Made by a program: the position numbers and the translations under genes. The notes below the pieces were generated by a model that had not been told where the DNA came from, made no database searches, and saw nothing but the letters and a program-made list of their open reading frames with translations. Below are positions 9,220-18,100 of a stretch of 31,017 nt of DNA, one piece after another (within the stretch, counting starts at the first letter, position 1; every line of letters starts with the position of its first letter). This DNA is from Candidatus Thorarchaeota archaeon (GTDB lineage: Archaea > Asgardarchaeota > Thorarchaeia > Thorarchaeales > Thorarchaeaceae): assembly GCA_029855935.1 (NCBI GenBank), contig JAGSHN010000007.1, forward strand, positions 1-31,017. The letters are read 5' to 3'.

Positions 9220-9582
9220 TCAGGACGCAATTGCAGCATCTACGAGCTCAAGCATATGGCGTATCGTCACAGGCTTGAGCCCAAAGCTTGCAGCCCCTTG
9301 GTCGAGGGCCTTATCCTTGATCTTCGCATCCGCGCTGATGAAGACTATCTTCGCATCGGGGTTGATTTGAAGGATCTCCCGCATCGCGTCGAGCCCGTCC
9401 TTGTTGGGCATCCGGTGGTCGAGAATGATGACATCAGGCTTAGGGTCCATCTCCTTGTAGATCCTCACTGCTTCCTCGCCGTCATACGCATCGGCAACGA
9501 CTTGATGGCCTTTGATTGCAAAGACATCCTTGTATAGTCTGTGCAGGATGACCTCATCGTCCACGATGAATATGGTGGCCAT
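9220..9582 (-). CDS. Stand-alone response regulator receiver (CheY-like)
   Basis: MATIFIVDDE, PDVIILDHRMPNKDG, FISAD, LKP. Start taken as ATG 9582; the upstream ORF extension is not REC-like. Confidence 0.93.
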   Translation of the reverse strand: MATIFIVDDEVILHRLYKDVFAIKGHQVVADAYDGEEAVRIYKEMDPKPDVIILDHRMPNKDGLDAMREILQINPDAKIVFISADAKIKDKALDQGAASFGLKPVTIRHMLELVDAAIAS

Positions 9583-10175
9583 GGCGTTCGTCAACCCGGA
9601 TGCTTCTCTATTCACTGGGGCGGCACCGGTGGGGGACCCTGTATTCCGTCCTCCTTCAGTACTTTTCCTCCCAGCGCAAGTGTCTTTCGTCTTGCTATGT
9701 TCACTCCCGATATAAATCAATTCGTGGTACTCTTCCGTCGGTTTCCGGCTCGACCGACGAGGCCCAATAATGACACAAGCCAAGAAACGACGGGTCTTTG
9801 CTGCTGGCTGGTGCGACCCATGCCCCGTTTTGACCCCCTGCCGCAGTCCCTGTTATGACCGTCCAGTCACAGGCTCCCAATTCCTGTCAACAGCATCTAG
9901 CAGGTGGCTGTGAATCACACGCACAAATCTTAAGACCGTTTCCCACAATATGAGTACAGACCGTTGCGCCCCTGAGAGGAGAGCCGTCCAAGGAGGGATT
10001 AGTCTGTACCAGTCCCCACCGACGGAATTGAGTGCGCGATTTGGCGAGCACCATCACCTATCACTGATTTCTGCATACGGTCTTCTTGATCGAGTCGGTC
10101 AGCAGTGAGGCTATACTCGAACTCCGCCAATCTCTCCTTGTTGGGCGACCAAAGATACGACGGAGTGATGGTCAG

Positions 10176-12791
10176 ATGAAGAGAGAGAGCGCGGCAATAT
10201 TTCTCTTGTCGGTTCTAATCCTGTCAACATTGCCGCTGCTTGGTCTGATCCGGACCAGCGGGCGGCAACCGAACGCGGTCACGTACACACGGCAGGCGCA
10301 TCCCGCCTACGTGAGTCACGCCCCCATCGTCATAGATGACGATTCCGATTTTGCGACGCAGGGCTGGCCCGGGAGCGGTACTGAGGCCGATCCCTACGTC
10401 ATCGAGGGACTCAACATAACCACAGAAGGAACGTGCATTGATATCCGGTCCACTACAGTGTACTTTGTGATACGCAACTGCCTGTTGGTGTCCACAGGCA
10501 CAGACAGTCAGTACGTGATCTATCTACGCGGCGTGTCACACGGGAGGGTCGAGTCGTCAACGCTCATCGGGGCCAGATATTCTGTGTTCATGTCCCTAGT
10601 TTCAGATATCTCGGCTACGAACATAGTGGCGAGCGGGTCTGGCGAGAGAGCCGCCTACGCCTACAAAGGCGGAGACTTGGTCTTTGACAACTGGACCGTC
10701 CACGATAAGCAGTATGGTATCACGTGCGTATTGTCTGACAACGTCAATGTCACCAACTCTCGCATCTGGGCCGAGATCTACGGACTGTGGTACAGTAGGT
10801 GTACGAACTTCTCTGCCACAGAGAACAGCTTCTACGGATGTTCGCCTTCCCTAGACTGCCGTGACAGGAGCCAGATTCCACTCAATATGACGGGGAACAC
10901 CGTCAACGACAGACCTTTGTTGTATCTGAACGGGACCATCGACACAGTGGTTGACACCAGCAACTACGGGAGTGTGATCCTCACAAGCACTCGCAATGTC
11001 ACACTCTCGGGTGGAATCTTCTCTGACGTTTCAGTGGGCATCCAGACACACTTCTGCGAGAATACATCAGTCGCACATGTGTCAGTGAGTGACTGTGTCT
11101 ACGGAATCTTTGTCGGCTACAGCAACTGGACAGCGGTCTCGTACAGCACTTTCAGCGATTTCACGTCTGCTGGCGTAAACGTGGGTGCTTCTTGCATGGG
11201 CCTGAACGTAACGGGCTGCACATTCACGTCAAGCGAGGGCGTTGGCATAGGCTCGACTGCGATGCCAGAGATTCGCATCAACTCCAACGTGTTCGTGGGC
11301 TGCGGTGTAAGAGAAGTCGCCCACGAATATCAGGACTGGCCAGTGGAGATGTGGAACAACACTGTCAACTCGAAACCCCTCGGCTACCTGGTCAATCAGA
11401 CCGATCTTGTCGTTGACGGCTCTGAGTACGGCCAGCTCTACATAGTCGGATGTGTCAACACGACGGTCACGGGTGGTACTTTCAAATTGGTCGGTCCAGC
11501 CGTGACAGTCGGCCTCTCAAACCTGACATTTGTCCGGGACGTCGAAGTAGATGGTATGGGTGAGTCCATATGGGGCATTATGGGCATCCTGTCGAACAAC
11601 TTCACTATCGCGGACACAATGCTGAAGAATTTCGGCTGGTACGGTGTCTATCTTGAGCAAGTCTCGAATGTCACTGTTGATGAACTGAGAATCTGCAGAG
11701 CTGAGACTGGTATCGCATGTACTACAAGCCAAGTTGTACGCTTCACCAATTGCAGAATCTGGAATTGCACTGGTGGATTCGGAGGCATCTGGCTGTACAA
11801 CACGGAAAACTCGACACTGGTCAACAATACCATATTCGGCTGTAGCAACTACGGTGTCTGGATTCGGGGCACCAGTAGCGTTGACATCTACGGGAACAAG
11901 TTTGGGTGGAACGCCCAGAACGCAGCAGATGACAGTGGTGTCAATTGGGACAATAGTGTCGACACGGGCAATGCCTGGAGTGACTACGAGGGGGTTGGTG
12001 ACTACGTCATCGGCGGAACGGTGGGTGGCACTGATCACTATCCGTTGGTCCTGACCGATGACACTCCGCCTGAGATCTCATCACCTCCTGACGCGGAGTT
12101 CGAGGAGGGAGATGCGACCGCCATCGTGACATGGGATGTCAGCGACCAGTACCCTCACTACTACGAGGTCTACCGCAACGGGAGTCTGGTAGAGTCAGCG
12201 AGCTTCTGTTGCCAGCAACAGGCATCAGTTCATCCTGAGGGCACTGCTGGCGAGATATGGAACTACACGGTCGTTGCGTACGACTACGCTGGGAACAAGG
12301 CCAGCGATACAGTGTTCGTGCACTTCACTCCGGCAACAGCACCATCAATCGACCATCCAGATGACATCACCTTCACACAGGGCGTCGGAACACACATCAT
12401 AACGTGGCATCCGTCGTCCGTGACACCGGACAGCTATGTCCTCTACGTGAACGGCACAGTCACCGAGAGCGGCCCGTGGGACGGCTCCGCCATATCGGTG
12501 GAGGTAAGCGACCTGACAGAGGGCGTCTACAACTACACGCTGTTCGTGAACGACACAAGAGGACTGTCCGCATCTGACACGGTGATTGTGACGGTAACTC
12601 CACAGGAAACAACGACAACCACCACTGGAGGGACGACCACCGGGACCACGAGTGAGACCACCACTGAAACTACCGCTCCGGGCGGTCCGCCACTTGACCC
12701 GCTGCTTGTGATTGCCCTAGTTGCCGGGGTCGTCGGGGCAGTCGTCGTTGTACTTGTTGTCATCAACAGGCGACGTTCCAAGGTTGTCTGA
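10176..12791 (+). CDS. Membrane-anchored parallel beta-helix (NosD-like) surface glycoprotein with two Ig-like domains
   Basis: Signal peptide MKRESAAIFLLSVLILS (GGAGTGA SD), HAPIVIDDDSDF..WPGSGT..DPYVIEGLNI cap, beta-helix repeats, WDN..GNAWSDY, two YNYT..D..G..SDTV domains, Thr-rich linker, TM and RRR tail; many N-x-S/T sequons. Confidence 0.92.
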   Translation: MKRESAAIFLLSVLILSTLPLLGLIRTSGRQPNAVTYTRQAHPAYVSHAPIVIDDDSDFATQGWPGSGTEADPYVIEGLNITTEGTCIDIRSTTVYFVIRNCLLVSTGTDSQYVIYLRGVSHGRVESSTLIGARYSVFMSLVSDISATNIVASGSGERAAYAYKGGDLVFDNWTVHDKQYGITCVLSDNVNVTNSRIWAEIYGLWYSRCTNFSATENSFYGCSPSLDCRDRSQIPLNMTGNTVNDRPLLYLNGTIDTVVDTSNYGSVILTSTRNVTLSGGIFSDVSVGIQTHFCENTSVAHVSVSDCVYGIFVGYSNWTAVSYSTFSDFTSAGVNVGASCMGLNVTGCTFTSSEGVGIGSTAMPEIRINSNVFVGCGVREVAHEYQDWPVEMWNNTVNSKPLGYLVNQTDLVVDGSEYGQLYIVGCVNTTVTGGTFKLVGPAVTVGLSNLTFVRDVEVDGMGESIWGIMGILSNNFTIADTMLKNFGWYGVYLEQVSNVTVDELRICRAETGIACTTSQVVRFTNCRIWNCTGGFGGIWLYNTENSTLVNNTIFGCSNYGVWIRGTSSVDIYGNKFGWNAQNAADDSGVNWDNSVDTGNAWSDYEGVGDYVIGGTVGGTDHYPLVLTDDTPPEISSPPDAEFEEGDATAIVTWDVSDQYPHYYEVYRNGSLVESASFCCQQQASVHPEGTAGEIWNYTVVAYDYAGNKASDTVFVHFTPATAPSIDHPDDITFTQGVGTHIITWHPSSVTPDSYVLYVNGTVTESGPWDGSAISVEVSDLTEGVYNYTLFVNDTRGLSASDTVIVTVTPQETTTTTTGGTTTGTTSETTTETTAPGGPPLDPLLVIALVAGVVGAVVVVLVVINRRRSKVV

Positions 12792-12810
12792 CGGGCACAG
12801 GTTCTTTCTT

Positions 12811-12862
12811 CCGGACGGTGGCGGGCGATGGCGGATTCCGTCGCCTCATACCACCGTTCCGG
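12811..12862 (+). terminator. Long GC-rich hairpin with T-rich flanks after the beta-helix gene
   Basis: ccggacggtgg pairs with ccaccgttccgg (1-nt bulge) and ggcgatgg with ccgtcgcc; flanked by ttctttctt and ttatttctt; starts 20 nt after the stop. Confidence 0.6.
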
Positions 12863-13117
12863 TTATTTCTTGCTCACAATATCGTCCCCACCTCTCCTCG
12901 CATATGGTTGCAGGGTGACTCTTCGTTCTGGAGGTCCGCATTGCCGCTGCCGCTAGTGACACGACCGCTTGTGGCCGGACGGAGGCGCTTCAGGATTGGA
13001 GACGTACCCGACAGAGAAGAATCGTAGGATGGAATCAGTCCCCAGGTTCTATGGGCGAAGGGTTGAGCCAGCATTGTCAATGACCACTAGTTTATTCGGG
13101 AAATTGCCGGGGAAGAC

Positions 13118-13160
13118 TTATATCCAAACTACCCAACACTACACCAGTTCTAGGAACTGG
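13118..13160 (+). promoter_or_regulatory. TATA box (TTATAT) plus perfect inverted repeat CCAGTTC-tag-GAACTGG at the expected start site
   Basis: TTATAT at 13118-13123; 7-bp inverted repeat at 13144-13160; GGAGG SD before ATG 13182. Confidence 0.55.
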
Positions 13161-13181
13161 CAGTGGTTGGGAGGCAGCCGG

Positions 13182-15188
13182 ATGAGAGAAGCCGCGCCAC
13201 GGTGGGGTGGAGCTGTGACTGTACTTGTTCTTGTGCTCGCCCTCGGTGTTTCTATCTGGGGAACTGATGCAGGTCGGGCCACCGTACCTGCTGGCCCCGG
13301 GAATGACGTTTCCGCCGTGTGTTCAGGTCCCAACGAGTTCTATGCAGCCCCCTCGCAGATCAACGTATCTCCGAGTTGGACGCACGACTCCGGAAAGAAT
13401 CTGTACATTCGGCCAGTGGCGATCTCTGGCGATGGGTCAACAGTCATCGAGGGCAGCGACACACTGGTCAGTCTGTTTGATGCCCACAGTGGAACTCTGC
13501 TGTGGACTCACGACGTCGGTGGCATGGTCTTTGATGCTGAGATCTCAAGAGATGGCAACACCTCGGTGGTGGGAGCGAACACCACACAAGTGGTGACCTT
13601 CCAGCGTTCCACGGATGTTCCACTCTGGACTGCCAACTGCAGCGATTGGGTTGCCACCGTAGATGTATCGGCAGACGGGTCCGTAATTGCGGCTGGCGAC
13701 ACATCTGGTATGATCTACCTGTTTCACAGGGACTCCAATCAGCCGGTGTGGACGTTCAACGCGACCGAGAGCGTCTTCTTTCTTGACCTCTCGTCTGATG
13801 GGTCGACGCTGGTTGCCGCTTCAAGGAACTACACTGTGAGCGATACGATCTACCTCTTTGATACCACAAGCAACAACACGCTCTGGACATTCTCCGCGTC
13901 GGATGCCTTCTTTGAGGTCAGCGTATCTGCGGAGGGCGAGTTGATTGCAGTGGCCGCGAACGATGCCCTCTATGTCTTCTCACGCAACAGCAATGCGACC
14001 GTCTGGAAATACGGTGGTGATGGCTTTTGGTCCCTGGACGTCTCAGAGAATGGAGATACCATCGTGGCAGGGAGATGGCGTAGGGACACGGAGAGTGTCT
14101 ACGTGTGGCACTCCGACAGCAATGAAACAGTATGGAGATTCAGGACATCATATGAGATACCCGACGTGGCAACATCCGAAGATGGCAGAGAGATTGTGGT
14201 TGGATGCATGGACAACGTGACCCGAGTATTCTCTGTGACCTCGAACGAGACCGTTCTCCAGTACACATCGAGTGGTGAAGTCAACGCGGTCTCCGTATCT
14301 GAGTCTGGTGATGTTTTCGTTGTTTCAAGTGCAGGGGGCCAGACACACCTCTTCGAGCTGTCAGAGCCGCAAGCAGGATCGGTATCGCCCACACGGACTG
14401 CCTACGGTACGTCCGAACAGGTAGACCTGACCGCACAGGTCAATCCGGGCACAGCGCCCATCTCAGCCGGCCTGGTCTTGTACAGCACCGACAATAGCAC
14501 GTGGAGCACGGCAGTGATGCAGAATGCAACCTCCCTGTCCAGTTCGCCCGTGGTCTTCAACGTCTCAATCGGGCCCTTCTCTGAGGGGCGCATCTACCTC
14601 CACACGTGGTTCAATGATACCTTGGGGTTCGTGGATGAAGGACAGACCATCCACGTTGATATCGACGGTACACCACCTGAGTTGTTGTCTCTAACGTACG
14701 AACCTCAGACCCCTACCTCAGAGGATGCAGTTCTCGTCAATGTCTCGGTCGACGATGCAGTCAGTGGGGTCGCCGCCGTCACCCTGCGGTACTCTGTGGA
14801 CGGGGGCAACGACTGGTCCGAAGTGGCAATGGTCTCCTCGTCTGGTTCGTCCTATACGGGGACAATTCCGCCACAGCCCAACTCGACCGTCGTATTGTTC
14901 TACATTGTCGCAGTCGATGGTGTGGGCAATGAGATCACTCTTGACAACCATGGCGATTACTTCTCGTATACGGTACTGGACTACTCAGCCACAACAACGA
15001 CAACGGGCACCAGTACTACTTCTGGCAGTACCACCGGGCCCTCAGGAAGCCAGCCAGGTCAAGCCCTGAGTATAGTCTTCGTGGGGCTTGCGGTCCTTGC
15101 GGCCGCAGGTGTTGCTGGTAGTTTCCTGTTTCTGATATACTTGCGTAGGGAGCGTCTAGGTGGGCCCAGTCCCTCGCAAAATGTCTAG
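13182..15188 (+). CDS. Membrane-anchored WD40/PQQ-like beta-propeller surface protein
   Basis: Signal peptide, ~8 blades of V-x-(I/V)S-x-DG...LF...(L/V)W, two Ig/FN3-like domains (LRYSVDGG..W...M...YTGTIP..P), Thr/Ser linker, TM and RRER tail. Start taken as ATG 13182. Confidence 0.9.
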   Translation: MREAAPRWGGAVTVLVLVLALGVSIWGTDAGRATVPAGPGNDVSAVCSGPNEFYAAPSQINVSPSWTHDSGKNLYIRPVAISGDGSTVIEGSDTLVSLFDAHSGTLLWTHDVGGMVFDAEISRDGNTSVVGANTTQVVTFQRSTDVPLWTANCSDWVATVDVSADGSVIAAGDTSGMIYLFHRDSNQPVWTFNATESVFFLDLSSDGSTLVAASRNYTVSDTIYLFDTTSNNTLWTFSASDAFFEVSVSAEGELIAVAANDALYVFSRNSNATVWKYGGDGFWSLDVSENGDTIVAGRWRRDTESVYVWHSDSNETVWRFRTSYEIPDVATSEDGREIVVGCMDNVTRVFSVTSNETVLQYTSSGEVNAVSVSESGDVFVVSSAGGQTHLFELSEPQAGSVSPTRTAYGTSEQVDLTAQVNPGTAPISAGLVLYSTDNSTWSTAVMQNATSLSSSPVVFNVSIGPFSEGRIYLHTWFNDTLGFVDEGQTIHVDIDGTPPELLSLTYEPQTPTSEDAVLVNVSVDDAVSGVAAVTLRYSVDGGNDWSEVAMVSSSGSSYTGTIPPQPNSTVVLFYIVAVDGVGNEITLDNHGDYFSYTVLDYSATTTTTGTSTTSGSTTGPSGSQPGQALSIVFVGLAVLAAAGVAGSFLFLIYLRRERLGGPSPSQNV

Positions 15189-15195
15189 TCTGTAG

Positions 15196-18100
15196 GTGAT
15201 GCTTGTGAGCAGAGAGCGACTATTGATTGTGTTCTTCGTGGGGTTCTTCTTGGCAATCTTGGTTGCGCCGCATAGGGCCGCAGCAGTGCCGATTGTGGAT
15301 CCCGGCGGTGGGGGAGCGTCCACTGACAACAGGGTACTAAACGGTAGCTTTGAATACGGTACTACCTCCTGGAGGGGATCTGGGATTGGCACTCCTAAAG
15401 TCGTAACGACCAGACACGTGGACGGAGACCACTCGCTACGAATCTCTGGTGTTGTCACTCTGGGAACCGCTATATACCAGATGTCGCAGGACGTAACCGA
15501 CCCAGAGCCGATTACGAAGAACACACGGCTGTGCGCGTCAATAATCTTGGAGCACGACTACACCATAGCTGCGGCGACGGTCATCCTTGTGGTTTCTGTA
15601 AGTCCCAATCACTCGTTTGTTCTGGCCTACTACGTGAGCGACAATCTTGATTTCCCAGACCTCAACTTCTTGGGAATAGAGCAATATGTCATTGAAGTGG
15701 GAAACAAACAGGGTGCTTGGAAGTCATTCTGCAGGAATATCTCTGATGACATCCAGACGAAGACGGGATACGACCCTGCAGACCTCTCCATCAAGAGAGT
15801 GATACTTGATGTACGCAGTTCAAGTGTCGGCCTTGGTGCATCGTGCACTGGCTATTTTGACGACCTCTACTTGGGCAGCACACCTCCGGGCATTTGGGTA
15901 AACAACCCCGACGACGAACAGTGGGTGAGTGGGACCTACACGTTCTCAGGAACTGCAGTGGACCACCGCGGGCGGGGGCTTGCCTTCGTGGCGGCTCGGA
16001 TTACTACTCCGGGCCACCTGATACCAGACTTCATGGGCCTCTGCGATGGGACGACCGAATGGAGCCTTGAATACGACACCACCCATCTCAGCGAAGGTCG
16101 CCATGAGTTCAGAGTAGATGTTTTTGACAACGCTAACACGTGGGCGCACGCCTCGGTCTTCTTCAGGGTTGACAACACCAACCCAAGTGGCACGATATCC
16201 AATCTTGAGACAGACCACTACTACCGTGGCGTGGTCACTGTGACCGGAAGCGCCAGCGACGCTCTGAGCGGAGTGGACCGAGTTCGGGTGAGAATCGACA
16301 ACGGTGAGTGGGAGGCGGCAACAGGGACCACATCGTGGTCCTATGAATGGGATACGACCACTGTGAGCGACGGGAGCCATACGTTCACTGCTCGTGTGTA
16401 TGACCGGGCCGGCAACTACGTCGACAGGTCTGTCCGGGTCAATATCGACAACAGTGCTCCGAGCCTTGGCACAGTCACGTTCGGTCCCAGCTACGGGTCA
16501 CTCAATCAGGAATTCACAATAAGTATCAGTTCCATCACCGAGACAGGTTCGGGGGTGAAGAAAGTGGAGGCCACGGTGAAGCGGCCGGATGGCTCCACGT
16601 TCACTGTCAAAATCTCAAAGAAGAGCGATGGATCGTGGGAGGGTTCCTTCCCGCTGGGGAGCAGTGATGCAGAGGGCACGTACACGCTCGTCTCAATCTA
16701 TGCGATTGACAAGATTGGTAATGAAGTGACCAACGCTTACTCGAAGAAGATTGTATATGACTACACGGCTCCCACCCTCACATTCACCTCACACGACAAC
16801 TATGACCAGATATCGGGAACTGTCACCCTTTCGGGTTCTCTGAGTGATGCTGTCTCCGGACTGTATGCTGCAACAATCACGATAGACGGCTCTGAAACGT
16901 ATGACATAGTGTCCAGTAGTGGTACGTGGAGCTTCAGCCTCGACACAACGGCATACGATGACGGGTATCACGTGTTCAGACTTCAGGCCCGTGACAGAGC
17001 AGGAAACGTCAGGATCATCACCTACTATCTTGCGATAGCGAACAGTCCTGAGCCTGTTGCGCCGTTCATCCCCGTAGTGAATGAGAACGGCGACTACCTC
17101 ACAACAGCCTATGTGACAGTGGGGAGTTCACAGGTCACCATCCTCTGCACATTCCCCGATGGCCCCCCTGGTACGATGGCATATCTTCTTGTTGCACCGC
17201 CGTTTGACTCGCTGTGGTCGCTTCAAGATGTTGCGATAGTCGTCGATGACGGTTCGCCTGAGGGCTCGACCAAGAGTATTCTCTCTGTCTGCGAGTGGAG
17301 TACGGACACTCACAGTCTGTCGTTTCCCCTCTCTGCAGACGGCGGTGTTGGCCGTCGCTCGGTGATAGCGTTTCTCAGCAAGGCTCAGCTGTCGTGGTCA
17401 GTTTCTTCTCCGTCGAAGGTAGTCTATCAGGGACAGGAGTTTACCGTCAGTTTTACCCTTGAGAACTACGACAGCCTCTCCGAGGCCTACGGCGGAGAGT
17501 TCCGTGCGGAGCTCATTGCCTATCAGGACGGTCAAGGTGTCGTCCTTGGCACGGCTGAATGTGACTCTTCAGGGGTCTTCACGTTTGTGACGACGATTGG
17601 ACCAGGTATTCTTCGCGGGGGACCGTTGACACTCCAAGCTCGACTTATTGACGTTCCAAGTTCGGTCTATGACACCACAGACTTGACCTCACCTTTGTTT
17701 GATGGATTCGTGTTCTACGAGCTGATCGGCTGGGAGTTCAGTCCAGACACCGACACAATAGTTCACTACTCTCCCACCGTGTATGACCAGCGTCAGGTCA
17801 CGGTCGAGGTCCGCATTGTCGACTCTGCGGGGATTGCTACCACAATGGTTGGACAGGTGGTTGAGGTGACAGTCACCGGCCCCGGAGTGAGCGATTCATT
17901 GCTGATCTACCAGACAGAGCACGATGACGGCACATACGCTCTATTCTCATACTCGTTGACGACTGCAGGGCAGTATATCATCAATTTCACATATGTGCCC
18001 ACAGGATACTACTATGGTGTTGTCAGCAGGACGATCACAGTCCAGCTATATCAGCAGCGCCCGGTTGAGACAGCGCTGGATGTTCCTGAATCATTGCAGG

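Noticed and set aside
10086-10175. N-terminal ORF extensions (also 12969-13181, 9583-9783, 5474-5509)
   Set aside because: Downstream ATGs have SD sites, signal peptides or domain starts, and two of the extensions span TATA boxes
12609-12674. ACN-rich low-complexity tracts (also ~14990-15035)
   Set aside because: They encode Thr-rich linkers and are not independent DNA repeats
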